A DNA stretch of 64,000 nucleotides, from the NCBI RefSeq assembly GCF_006345805.1, contig NC_043005.1, forward strand, positions 74,710,001 to 74,774,000, written 5' to 3'. The notes under the pieces are model-generated. The model was not told the origin of the DNA. It searched no databases and saw only the letters and a list, made by a program, of their open reading frames with translations. Below, in pieces: positions 12,081-24,924 of the stretch (position 1 is its first letter; each line of letters starts with the position of its first letter). A program made the translations under genes and the position numbers. The stretch comes from Octopus sinensis (Eukaryota).

Positions 12081-12838
12081 TATTTTGTAATATTTTTGAG
12101 TTGGAATAAATATAATTAATCTCCTGTTATCATTTTCATCTGCTGATGAAATATTATTAAAAGGACATTTCTCATCTGGTTTAAGCCGAAGGAAAACAAT
12201 TACATTTGTTTTATAAGTGATTATGTTTACTTTTAATTAGCTATTGAGATATTTCATGTTTTTAATCTATTATATAATTGACGGAGAAAAATGGAAAAAT
12301 CTTCAAGAATTGATTCATCCTGTATTTTAGAAGATACTGAAAAAGATTTATTTATTTGTAAATATTTTGTTGCATATTTAATAGATTATAAATGTCAATA
12401 GACATGTATGTGTGTTTGTGTATACAAATATCAACAATATATTTTGTTTATTTTTGATGGCTTTGATTTGTTTTTTAAGAAGCAATTTTCAAACATGAAG
12501 TAGAAAAATATTTCCTCTTAGCAGCAGCTAATTATCATTTGTTCATAGTTTAATTAAAGGAATTCAACACCTTAAATCTGTAAGATATTTAATAATTATC
12601 ATTATGTATTATACAAAGTTAATTGCACAAGCTAACTAGGAGTTGTCACCGGTTTCTTGGTTTTTCATCATTGTTCATAATCTTCACTATAATGCATCAG
12701 AGAAAGATACACACACAAAAATATGTATCTGCCTGTCTGTCTGCATATACATAATGTCAACTTTTTCTCTCTTTCTCTTTTACACACTATTGTTTATAGC
12801 TTTATCCACTTTGAGATCCACTGTTCCAAAATGAATTT

Positions 12839-12881
<43 letters not shown>

Positions 12882-12966
12882 AGAGTTTACGAAAAAAAAA
12901 AGATGAAGACAGGTGGTGTACATAACAAACAGATGTATTAGTATAACACTCAGGAATAGAAAAAGT

Positions 12967-13002
12967 CTTTTACATTTTGAGCCTACGCTCTTCTACAGAA
13001 AG
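12967..13002 (-). ncRNA. Decayed minimal type I hammerhead motif in a Penelope-like pLTR fragment (~12880-13060)
   Basis: Minus strand CTTT-CTGTAGA-A-GAGC-GTAG-GCTC-AAAAT-GTA-AAAG; homologous to 23944-23979, with the GAAAC core mutated. Confidence 0.5.
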
Positions 13003-13901
13003 GAACACAGAAAACAAGGAGAGAAAAAAATGTGTAATGGCTAATGATCTATCATGACTAGCAGATACACAGTGTTGCTCAGGATTAAAATGGCATAGTT
13101 TTTTTTATTGTTTTATTTGTTTCAGTGATGTGACTGTGGCCATGCTGGAGCATCGCTTTTAGTCAAACAAATCGACCCCAGGATTTATTCTTTGTAAGCT
13201 TAGTACTTATTCTATCAGGGTCTTTTGCCAAACCACTAAGTCACAGGGATGCAAACATAGCAATATTGGTTGTCAGGTGATGGTGGGGGTACAAACATAC
13301 ACACGCACACAAATATACACATATATGACAGTCTTCAGTTTCCATGTACGAAATCCACTCACAAGGCTTTGGTTGACCTGAAACTATAATATATATATAA
13401 GGCATGAAAGAAAAATGGAGAAGAGATTCAATTGACAAACATCAGTAAGATTTATTTATTATAATCATAGGAATAAATAACTACAACTCCACTCTTACAG
13501 CTAAAGTTGACATGTCATACAAAAACTGAACTCCAACGCTTCATCAGAGAGTCGGTAAGTCCATAATGGTAAGGATACAAGGTAAAAAGTGAAGTCCAAA
13601 GCCATATTCAGAAGTTGTGAGATCACATATTGCAATTTGTTTACCTCCACTTGTACATATTATTCAATTGTACTATTGCCTTGCAACAGTAAGCTTTTGA
13701 ATATAAATAGGTATCTCTCCCGTAGTATATTAGATATTTATTATCCCTTAGATGGTTATCTAACCTCTAACTCGCATATACTTAATTATATATATATATA
13801 TGTAAATCCCCCCAAAAACAAGAACAAATACATGAAAAAACAATGCGAGGATGTGGTACATGCAAAGTATTAGCAGATACTCAGGGAAGGAAAGAAAGGT
13901 G

Positions 13902-13936
13902 GTTTTACGTTTCGAGCAAAGCTCTTCTTCAGAAAC
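13902..13936 (-). ncRNA. Minimal type I hammerhead ribozyme motif (Penelope-type), core intact
   Basis: Minus strand GTTT-CTGAAGA-A-GAGC-TTT-GCTC-GAAAC-GTA-AAAC: stem I GTTT/AAAC, stem II GAGC/GCTC, palindromic ACGT stem III. Confidence 0.7.
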
Positions 13937-15447
13937 AGGAGACAAGAAAGTCCAAGAGAAAACGAAGATGGAGGAAAAAGATTTTGAAATGACCAGAAGG
14001 AAATGGGTGTAATAGCATGTGTATGTGCTGTCTGTTTATGTGTATGTGTGAGTGAACTTTGTGTCTCTTAGTGTTGGAGGAATAATTCAGGAGCATGATT
14101 CTGTCTTAGGAAAGTCATTACACCAATAGTAATAATAACACATGCACAGATTCAATGCACTGCCTTAATTTTAAATAATTTTGGAAAATAATGAAGAATT
14201 TAATAAAATGACTTTGCCATTATTAAAATGGAATGTTTTATTTGAAATTACTTGAACCCTTCAGCATTCAAATGAACCATATCCAGCCAAAATACTCTAC
14301 CTGTTTTATGTTCAAACTGGTCAGATGTGGCCTCTCACATCAACCTTACAATATCTTTGTAAAATTTAACAGTTGCTTCATCAAAACCTCCTAGCTACAA
14401 GATTAATTTACATGATTAATTTAAAACAATGTGAACAAAAAAGCATTACTTTTGACAGAATAATCTCGGTGCTAAAGAGCTGAAGAAGAAGTTTGTATCA
14501 TAGAACCAAGAGCAGTCTCAGGTGTGGGTTAATATCAGAAGGGTTCAACTAATACTTAACTGCATTACAATTTATATGGGTTCTAAATTTGAACCAGTAT
14601 GTAAACAGAGGAGCCAGTTTCACTCAGAAATGCACTGAGAGGAAGCTATTGCTGAAAGTTTGAGCACTGGTACTGAATATTTACATCCCCTCTGTTATAT
14701 ATCACTAGCTGACCACTGTGTCTTGCTTTGGTTTTCTTCTGACCAAACTAGAGTACCTGCTCTTTCATTTCTACTTAGGCAGTCCATCAGCTATTTATGT
14801 CCACCGTGTAGAAGGCTCAGTGTGCCACCACTGATGATGTATTTACATGCACTGAGACTAAGAGACTGTCAGAGATTCCTATGCTGCTAACAGGTGTGGT
14901 CATCCTTTGTCTAGTTTTGTTTCTTACAACCAGTGTATTTGACTGGGCTACAGTCCTGCATTGAATGAAAACCAGGCCTGGGAATTAGGCATCTGGAATG
15001 TTGTCAAGTGCTCACAGCCCTCTACAAGTTGGAAGATATGGTTGGGAGAATTTCCACATTAACATTTTTTTAGAAGACTAATGAAGAAGAAAAGACGATG
15101 ATGTTTTTGGAGAAAGCTTCAGGCTTAGACACACAACAGGAGTCATCATTTATGTATGCGATTATCATTTACACACGTGCACACACACACATACATGTAT
15201 GTCAAATGTCATATATGCACACACACGCACATGCCTGTTGATTTCTGTGACTCAATGGACACATACATACACTTGCATCTACTCTTGACACAGCCACACA
15301 TAGACACATACACCAAATATACACAAATTAAAAACAGTCACACAAATACATACTAATGCACATGCCTGCATTCAAAAGATGCACACTCACTTCTGAAATC
15401 ACACACATGCATATATACAATAGCTTTCTCTCTCTTTCACTCACTCA

Positions 15448-15514
<67 letters not shown>

Positions 15515-16239
15515 ACACACAATGAACATTAGTTCTGTTAATTGTTCAACATTGAATACCACATCATTCCCCTTCTCCTACCTTGCTTGAAAATATGGCC
15601 TTTTCCTAAACACACATGGATTAACTTGTCTCCTTTTTTTTGTTTTTGTTTTCTCTCTTCACTCACTGTTCGTTTTTTCTTTTCTTTTTGCTAAAGAACA
15701 AATAAGCCTGAAATGTCAAACATTTCTTTTCTCCTCCCATTCACTGTCAAACAAATACAACATTTCTGTCATGTTATTTTCTGTCTGTGTTGTTATTACA
15801 CATTTGAATACATACATGTATGCATGTATATATGTATGTGTGTATGTGTATGTGCATGCATGTATGTATGTGAAAAGGCATGTCAAAAGACTTCATACTA
15901 TGGCACCTGTTCCCTCTGCCAACCAGTGCAGTCATGCATTATACAATAGAGTGTGCAAATCTTTAGCCGAGCTCAAGAGTCATACAAGGGCCTCACATTG
16001 TCTTCATCAATGGCTTGTTTCAATAATTCTTTCTAGCAATGACTTTCTACAAGAAAGCAGCTACTATGTATGTACATATGTGTGTATACATGCATGTATG
16101 TATGTGTACATATGTATTTGTAGATATGTATGTATGTATGCAGGCATGTATGTATGTGGTGGGGTATGTATGTGTGTGTGTATACACACAAATACATTTA
16201 TATGTATGTTTACACATTTGTATGAATATATCTGTATAT

Positions 16240-16600
16240 AGTGGCGCTCCGTCAGTTATGACGATGAGGGTTCCAGTTGCTCCGATCAACGGAACAGCCT
16301 GCTCGTGAAATTAACGTGCAAGTGGCTGAGCACTCCACAGACACGTGTACCCTTAAAGTAGCGTGACACAGAGTGGGACAAGGCTGGCCCTTTGAAATAC
16401 AGGTACAACAGAAACAGGAAGAAAGGGAGTAAGTTGTGGTGAAAGACTACAGCAGGGTTCGCCACCATCCCCTGCCGGAGCCTCATGGAACTTTAGGTGT
16501 TTTTGCTCAATAAACACTCAAAATGCCCGGTCTGGGTATCGAAACCGTGATCCTACAACTGCGAGTCGGCTGCCCTAACCACTGGGCCATTGCACCTCCA
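16240..16600 (-). mobile_element. tRNA-derived SINE with head GTGGAGGTGCAATGGCCCAGTGGTTAGGGCAGC; related copies 24237-24590 (+) and 44152-44490 (+)
   Basis: A/B boxes; shared CACCTAAAGCTCCACGAGGCT…GACC body. Confidence 0.75.
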
Positions 16601-17320
16601 CACATATAACTATAGATATATTATATAATACACACACATGTTAACTTTTGAATCATTAGCAGCAGCTCTAATAAAGTAATCATTAATGGTGTCATATACT
16701 AAATGTATGTTTTGTTCATGCATTTATTAGCTGTGAGATCACATCAGGAGGAAAGTACCTCTAAGACAATGAATGTTAAAAAAGACGGAATATCTCAAGT
16801 CAGGTAAAACAACCCACTCCATAGACGAATGAGAATGATGCATATCAATATTTTGCTATTATTTTGGCCCATCAGCATTGTGTACAGCGAACTATTGATA
16901 TCCATGCATGAATGATGGTCTTTCAGTTTCTGTCTTTCAAATTCACTCCAGAGGCATTGGTAAGCTTAGGGCTAGAATAGAAGACACTTGCCTGAGGTGC
17001 CAAGCAGTGAGACTGAACCCCAAACCACGTGGTTGGGAAATATATATTTCTGATATATCAAAATGCTAAATCTAAGCATAGTTATAAATATAAAAGACAC
17101 AATAAGGAAGAAAACTGGTGAACATCTGTTGAGATTTGAAGTTTTCCTTCCTTGTAACACCTTATCTATGAATGTCTGTGAATAGATTAGATTTACTATT
17201 TAAACATTAAATGAGCTTTCAAAAATGACTGATAAACAAAAATAGTTTATTCATTTGAAGATGATCCAATCGATACTTGAATATTCCTTTCCTCTTTGAT
17301 AAGCTGCATTGATGAAAGTA

Positions 17321-17792
17321 CAGTGATCCCTCGCTACTTCGCGATTCAACTCGCAGATTCATGACTTCGCGGATTTTAAAAATATATATATATATGAACG
17401 CCTAAAATTTTTCATTAAATCCATTAAAATATTAATAATAAATATTATTTCCTAGTCTAGGAACAACAAAACAAGTGTAAAATAGCAAAAAAGCATATAC
17501 AGGGGTATTTGAAGTTAAGACAGGCTGTGATTGGTGCAATGGTGAGAGACGACAAATCTCAGCTTTCTATTTTGTAATCTGGCCTGTGTAACAGTAACAA
17601 TCTTTTTTTTTTTAAATCTAAAGTGTTATTGCTTAACAGTCGTCCTTGTTATTAATAGACTATTGTAATGGGTGGGTTGTTAACAGTACAGGGAGGGTTT
17701 TAAAAGTCCAAATACGCATTAAATAAATACTGTAAATATGGTGTCCCTACTTTGCAGAAATTCAATCTACCACGATAAACAAGGGTTCACTG
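17321..17792. mobile_element. pogo/Tigger-type MITE
   Basis: TA|CAGTGATCCCTCG…AAGGGTTCACTG|TA termini. Confidence 0.7.
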
Positions 17793-18498
17793 TAGCATTC
17801 ATTTTCTAAGTTATTCATTTTTTCTCAACCAATCAATGAGCCATTCTTTTTAATTTCTGTCTACCAAATCCCAAAGTAGAACCTTTCAGTGTTAAAATCA
17901 AACCTCCTACTCCTTCTCTGCTGCCACTGCCTCCACTACCACCACCATTACCACAGCCACCACCACCACCATCATCATCATCTGATATATGAAAATTCTC
18001 ATTGTTTCATTTTAGTTCAATGTCAATTGATACAATGAGAGAGAGCATAACTCATCACTTCAGGCAATGAAGGTACTTCTACATTAACAATAGTTACACA
18101 GTCTTGTTTTGCTTATTTGGATCCACCAAATTGTTGCTAAATTTAATAATCAAGAATTCTGTTTAATTATTTATGATGTTAATAATATAATATAATGAGC
18201 TTCATGTATACCGAACTTATGTGCACAAAAAACTCATCACAAAAATGCAAAAGCAAGAACAGAAAGTATCAATAAGTTGAGAACAGAATCATGGAAATGA
18301 AATCCCAAACTGCATGCAATGTAGCACCATACATAGAATAAAACACAAAAATGACAGGAAAATGGAAAGTAAAAGAGAAAAGGGTGTATAAGCATGTCAA
18401 GTGTAGAGTTGGTGAATTTTGGGAAGCAGGGAGATTTTTTACAAATGCAATGTCCAACAACTAACTGATGTGGGTAGTTCATTCCATGCTTTGACATA

Positions 18499-19362
18499 CG
18501 AGGTCTGATCAATAAGTATCCAGACCGTTGCCATAGTAACAAAGCTACAGCACAGAGGGGAGCCACTTAGCACAGATTGACTATGGACTCGGCTGTGCAT
18601 GCACACTGAGTTCTAACATTTTAGCTCACTTCTGCTGTTTACAGTAGTGCTTGGAAGGAACATGTGTAGCAGGTGATTGTTACATTAATCATGACAGAGA
18701 AAGTTGTCATGGTGATAACTGCTCAGAGACCTACGCAAAGTTGCAAAAAGTGTATGGAGAGGAGTGTATGAGCTGCACACAAGTGTACAAGTGGTACAGA
18801 TGTTTCGAAGATGGTAAAAAAAATGTTGATAGTGATGAATGTTCTAGATGACCCACAACCAGCAGAACTGAGAAAGACATTACAGATGTGCATGCAGCTG
18901 TGAGGGGAAATTGTCGAATCTCCATCCATGAATTATCAGAGGATCTGCAGATTAGTTATGGTTCAATTCAGACCATTATCACTGAAGATTTGAATATGAG
19001 ATGTGTGTCTGCCAAGTTAGTGCTTTCAGCTGATCGAAAAAAGACACATGGGTTGCAGTTGCACAATTGTGTCAAGAACGATGAAAACTTTGTATAGGCC
19101 TCTGAGCAGGTATCATCAAGCTTTTGGCAAAATTTGATGCAGATTCTCTGCTCAAATTTATCTGTCATGGTCAATGTGACAATCTCACACTACACACGTT
19201 CCTTCCTAGCACTGCTGTAAACAGCAGAAGTGAGCTAGAATGATAAAACTTTGTGCGCATGTACAGCAGAGTTCAAGGTCAATCTGTGCAAAACAGCTTC
19301 ACTCTGTGTGCTTTAGGTTTGTTATTATGGCAACAGTCCGGATACTTATTGATCAGGCCACA
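18499..19362. mobile_element. Non-autonomous mariner derivative made of two left ends in inverted orientation
   Basis: TA|CGAGGTCTGATCAATAAGTATCC…GGATACTTATTGATCAGGCCACA|TA. The + arm encodes decayed HTH-region peptides (…YKWYRCFEDGKKNVDSDE…GRPTTSRT-like). The - arm encodes MTDKFEQRICIKFCQKL. Confidence 0.85.
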
Positions 19363-19919
19363 TATGTCAATATAAAGTGTAAAAATTAAAAAAAAGTAGT
19401 TACTTTCTCGAGTCATACTGTCTAATAAGGGCTGGGTTCCTGGTTTCATGATATAAATTCCCCACCTGGATAGGACACAGATCCATCACAGGATTATTCA
19501 TTTTTGCCAGATGAGTGGACTAGAACAATATGAGATGAAGTGTTTAGCTCAAGAACACAATATGTCACCTAGTCCAGGAATCAAAACCACAATCTTACAA
19601 TCATGAGTCCAAGACCCCTAACCACTAAGCCATGCACCTCCACATAGTTCAATGTCAATATGTTCCACTTTGTAGTTTACTTGCAGCCTCTACCTTTAAC
19701 AAAATGGCTTCAACATACCTACGAGTTTACCTTCCCTTATCAAATCCATTTTTACTTTTATACAGCTTAAGGTTATTTCAGCTCGCACAATTTCATTGCC
19801 AGTGAGTTCTACGTTGGTCACTAAACATTCAAATAAGCAATTTTCAATAGGAGTCTTTTCTCCATCCATCCATTTTCTCCACTCACTATTCCTGGGAGGA
19901 TCATCAGGAAAAGTCCACA

Positions 19920-20300
19920 GGCACTTCCTTCATAGGGTCCTATCAGAAACAAACATCATTGCACTCTCTGGCTGGATTCCCTGGTGTGAACAACTGAGGC
20001 TGTGGATATTATCCAACCATTCCTTTCTTAGCTTACCCTCTGAATCTCCTGCTGGTTGGTTTGATTTGAAGAATTTATCTTTCCTGGGGTTCTTCCCTGT
20101 GACATTATTACTACATGTCCATAGCACTGGAGCCAAGACCTCTCCATGTGAAGATGCAGTAGCTCAGTTTGAAGAGACTTCCTGATCTTTGAGCTACTTA
20201 CCCTGTTGAGTAATGTTACTCCCAAGATTCTTCAGAGGAACTCGATTTCAGCTGCTGATTCACAGTAATACTCTTTCAGTCGTTATCCAACACTCATGAC
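19920..20300 (-). pseudogene. Decayed RTE-clade LINE RT C-terminus
   Basis: MERSWLQCYGHVVIMSQ and GKLRKEWLDNIHSL…SDRTL resemble RSQLRWFGHV.RM…GRPRKRW.D.I. Confidence 0.65.
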
Positions 20301-22429
20301 TAAGTGAAGACAGGCATGGAAACAAAATTGAAGAGAGTGAATTTGGCTTTTTATTATTGTATTCAAATCTCAAAATTGTTCTCAACACAAAGTAAGCTTT
20401 CCATTTAATAAACTACTCTTTAAATTTATTTCTGATTTCAATATATACTGACTACTATATAAAGCAGCAAGCTGGCAGAATTGTTAGCATGATGGGCAAA
20501 ATGCTGAGTGGCATTTTGTCTGTCTTAATGTTTTGAGTTCAAACTCCACCAAGGTACTCTTTGCTTTTCATTCTTTAGTGGTCAATAAAGTGAGTACCAA
20601 ATTGCTGTCCTTGTGCCAAAAATTGAAATCAATAGATACTGACAACATAATTTGGTTCTTAATATCATCTTTGGCTTCAACAAACAGCTCTATTAACTTA
20701 TATATCACTCTCAAACGTATTCTCTTTATCACACGGCCTAGGCTTCTTCTCATATATTATGTAACATATAATGTTGCTGGCGTGATGTAAAAAAAAGCAC
20801 CCGTACTAGTACATATAAAGCACATGTGTTGGCGCCACGTAAAAGTACCCACTGCATTATGTAAAGTGGTTGACATTAGGCAGGGCATCCAACTGTAGAA
20901 ACTATGCCAAAACAGATGGGACCTGGTGTAGCCCTCCGGCTTGCTAGTTCCCGTCAATCTGTCCAAACCCTGCCAGCATGGAAAACGACTGTTAAAAAAC
21001 AATTGGCAATGGATTATATTTCAACACATTATCCTCCTTTACATGAAACTTTGTAAGACAATGTAGTAACGTGTCGTTGCTGGTGTAGTCTAACCCTTGT
21101 CGAGCAGACCAATATGATCAAAAACATTCTTTATTTCTTTATTCCCCACAAGGGGATAAACATAGAGGGGACAAACAAGGACAGACACACGGATTAAGTC
21201 GATTACAGCGACTCCAGTGCGTAACTGGTGCTTAATTTATCGACCCCGAAAGGATGAAAGGCAAAGTCGACCTCGGCGGAATTTGAACTCACAACGTAAC
21301 GGCAGACGAAATACCTATTTCTTTACTACCCACAAGGGGCTAAACACAGAGAGGACAAACAAGGACAGACAGACGGATTAAGTCGATTATATCGACCCCA
21401 GTGCATAACTGGTACTTATTTAATCGACCCCGAAAGGATGAAAGGCAAAGTCAACCTCGGCGGAGTTTGAACTCAGAACGTAACGGCAGACGAAATACAG
21501 CTACGCATTTCGCCCGGCGTGCTAACGTTTCTGCCAGCTCGCCGCCTTAACGTAACGGCAGACGAAATACCGCTAAGCATTTCGCCTGGCGTGCTAACAT
21601 TTCTGACAGCCCGCCGCCTGATCAAAAACACTTGCTGGACGATCACGTCTGATGTTCTATTTATTAATTATTTTGTTGTTTTGCAGCTATAATGTAAAAT
21701 GCAAGGAAATAGAATACGACATAAGGAAGATTTAGCGTTTTAACAGTTAGGCGACCACAGATAATTCTTCGTTCATTTGTAATAATTAAGTAATATTTCC
21801 ATAGGTTATCGCTGAACTTCTCGATTTTTCTCCCCAACAATTTGACTTTACAATTTGGAAAAATAAAGTTATCTCCCATGCCCAAGTAGCCTCCCTTACA
21901 TTACTTGCTCAGCCTCAAGCACTTAATGAATTTAGCTAGGTTCTTCTTTCCCTTCTTTCTTTCTTTCTTTCTTTCTTTCTAACTGTATTAGCCAAAATAA
22001 TAAATGCCGTGGAATGGTAGAGTGTCGGACTGTATACTGTATCATTTGGTCGTGTTTTTCCGTGTTTATTATCTGGTTTCAGCTTTCGCAAGGTTTTATT
22101 ATGCTTTGGATACACTAAGTACCATCTATATGCTGAGATAAAATTGGATCATCTTACACTCTTTCACGACTTTTTCGTTTCAGAGTCAAGAAAAGACAGT
22201 TAATAAAAAAAAAAAGATAATAAGAGAGTGAATACTATGGATGGAACACCTTATAGTATTCATCTAATCTCTCAAAGTAACGAATTGAAACCAACTTTGC
22301 CTTGTATCTTTCCCGGTTGATATACCACGAACCGTTAATATATTTGAATGTTAGACAACCGATAGTGTTCTTCCAAAGTAATGATGATGTAGATGGATGT
22401 AGACAGCTCCATAAAGAAGTACCGATCAT

Positions 22430-22616
22430 TCAAACTGGATGGAACTCGTGGAAGACGGAGATCCAGAAAGACATGGTACTGAAGGACGATCTTAGAGCAC
22501 TGAACTTTATTGATGAGATGACAAAGGACCGAGATATTTGGCGCCTTGCTGCACTAAAGAGGACCCTACTTTCACAGCAAAAATGTTGATGTTGCTCTTC
22601 CTGCTGAAGAGGATTG
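22430..22616 (+). pseudogene. RTE-clade LINE C-terminal fragment, interrupted by the Merlin-like MITE and continuing after 23040
   Basis: …DDLRALNFIDEMTKDRDIWRLAAL…. Confidence 0.6.
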
Positions 22617-23032
22617 GGATCTTTTCGGTTTGAACGGCAGTTTTTTCTAGCTGTGTCATATGAAATTGTCACCCATAATTATGACCGTAGTATCGATCTA
22701 TTGCATTTCAATCTGTTTTAGGGTTAGGATTAGGGGTGGGGGAAGGGTATCTTTTTTTCTTCACAAATGTAAATAAACCCAATCTGTTTCTTAAACGAGG
22801 GACATATTCATACGGCACAGAATGTTTTTTACCTCAATGGACGTCATTGATTGGTTGAAATTGCAGAAATTAAAGAAAAAACAACAAGAAATATCTTACA
22901 AACTATAGAATTTTCTCAATAAAGCTAAGAGAAAAAGATGTTTTATAAACACATTCAACCAGTATACGAAGTTTAAAATTTTTTAGTTACCTAGAAATTA
23001 TGTTAAAAACTGCGTTCAAACCGAAAAAATCC
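22617..23032. mobile_element. Merlin-like MITE (GG-terminal ~30-bp TIR, 8-bp TSD GAGGATTG)
   Basis: GAGGATTG|GGATCTTTTCGGTTTGAACGGCAG…CTGCGTTCAAACCGAAAAAATCC|GAGGATTG. Confidence 0.8.
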
Positions 23033-23784
23033 GAGGATTGGCATGTAAGAGCCCTGTGCCGGGGCCACGTAAAAAGCATCTGTGCCGGCATCACATAAAA
23101 TGCACCCGCGACACCACGTAAAAAGCACTTTTCTTCTCTTCCCTTTAGTCTTTCTTTTCCAAAATAACCCCCACTTCTCTTCCCCTCTCCTCGTTACCTC
23201 TCTTCCACTTACCTTGTATTTATACTTATTGCCTTTCTTCGCTCCCCACCCCCTGCTTGTACCATTCTTTCGGAGCTCTCCTTTGTTATAACCAGAAATT
23301 ACTCTGACGAAAGTAGCATTAATTTTGTTAGTCGTTCAATTTTTCTCAACCGGTCAATAGGCCTTTCCTTTTAGTTTCCGTCTACTAAATTCATTCACAA
23401 GTCTTTAGTTGGCCCGAGACTAAAATAGAAAGATACTTGCCCAAGGTGCCACGCAGTGGGACTGAACCCCAAACCACGTGTTTGAGAAGTAAACTTCGTA
23501 CTACACAACCGTACCTGCGCCTGTGTCTTAGCTTTTTGTAAATTATATTCTTTAGCAGTTTTATAAGTAATTACAGTTAAATAAATAAATTAGTGTGCAG
23601 GTATGGGTGTGTGATTAAGAAGCTCGTGGTTCCATGTTCAATCCAACTGCCACTGCACAGCACCTTGGACAAGTGTCCTACTATAGCCTTAGGTCGACCA
23701 AAGCTTTGCGAGTGAATCTGGTAGGAAGAAGCTGTGTGGAAACTCGTTGTCAGCTGGTGAAACTGTTAATCCTGGCACCTCTCT

Positions 23785-23935
23785 CTTTCTCTCCTCTCTC
23801 TCTCTCCTCTCTCTTTCTTTCTCTCCTCTCTCTCTCTCTCTCTCCTCTCTCTCTTTCTCTCCTCTCTCTCTTTCTCCTCTCTCTCTTTCTCTCCCTTCTC
23901 TCTCTCTCTTACTCTCCTCTCTCTCCCTTTTTTCC
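23785..23935. repeat. Degenerate (CT)n microsatellite
   Basis: Direct reading. Confidence 0.95.
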
Positions 23936-23943
23936 TCTCATCC

Positions 23944-23979
23944 CTTTCTGTAGAAGAGCGTAGGCTTGAAACGTCAAAG
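23944..23979 (+). ncRNA. Minimal type I hammerhead motif with variant core CUGUAGA (Penelope-like pLTR fragment)
   Basis: CTTT-CTGTAGA-A-GAGC-GTAG-GCTT-GAAAC-GTC-AAAG; all three stems form. Confidence 0.6.
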
Positions 23980-24893
23980 ACTTTTTCATTTTTCTTGAGC
24001 GTCAAACTTATATATTTTACATACATACATATATTTTTTTTCTTCTTCTTGGTAGTCTATCGATCTCTGATGAAGACGTAATCTGTGGTCTCAGCAGTCA
24101 GCATTGGGAACGCATGTAGATCTGCAACCTAAAGCCGGAAGCACACAGGCGCCCGTGGGCCGGACACTGGTAGTCTGTGATCAGGACTGAGGATGCGAGG
24201 CATTGCCGTCTATCCTCCTCAAAGGCAGCTACAGCAGTGGAGGTGCAATGGCCCAGTAGTTAGAGCAGCAGATCGCGGTCGGAGGATCGCGGTTTCGATT
24301 CCCAGACCGGGCGTTGTGTGTGTTGTTTATTGAGCGAAAACACCTAAAGCTCCACGAGGCTACGACAGGGGGTGGTGGTGACCCCTGTTGTAATCTTTCG
24401 CTCCAACTTTCTCTCACTCTTTCTTCCTCTTTCTTGTCCCCGACTTCCTACGCAACCGCTGAGCCTGGATGCGCATTCATCCATCCATCGATGCTTTCGG
24501 TGTCGGGGATTGACCTGCTTTCTCTTCTGCGGGTCTTACGAATAGCAAAAGACCACGTTTGGGACTTCTCCCACTACAGGGACAAAGACCGCTTATTTTT
24601 TTAAAAGCCTACTACTTATTCTATCTGTCTCTTTTTGCCGAACTCTAAGTTACAAGGACTTATTCTTTGTAAGCCTAGTACTTATTCTATTGTCTCTTTT
24701 GCCGAACCGCTAAGTTACGGGGATGTAAACGCATCAAAATTGGTTGTCAAGCGATGGTGGGGGGACAAACACAAACACACATTTACATGACGGTCTTTCA
24801 GTTTCCCTCTACCAAATCCACTCACAGGGAAAAATTCAATTTAGAAATACTAAATCAAATTTCGCAATATATATATATATATAAATAGAGAGA

Positions 24894-24924
<31 letters not shown>

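Noticed and set aside
12640-12720. Possible terminal exon of a minus-strand gene (…KIMNNDEKPRNR*)
   Set aside because: No recognisable homology and no supporting upstream exons found.
13520-13550. CTGATGA on the minus strand in a Penelope-like context
   Set aside because: No GAAA half-core or stem II downstream.
16731-16803. AG/GT-bounded 73-nt open segment (VRSHQEESTSKTMNVKKDGISQV) as an upstream MSH4 exon
   Set aside because: Its phase-2 end would run into TGA in exon 29100; no homology; could be chance.
22006-22064. tRNA-Tyr-like TGGTAGAGTGTCGGACTGTA
   Set aside because: No B box or T arm and no acceptor stem; at best a decayed tRNA-derived fragment.
21625-22330. CpG-containing unique-looking region as a candidate MSH4 or bidirectional promoter; 73-aa minus ORF 21664-21885
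   Set aside because: No diagnostic motif or homology; cannot be supported without TSS data.
24067-24100. CTGATGA-A-GAC…GTC possible hammerhead
   Set aside because: GAAA is absent after the putative stem II.
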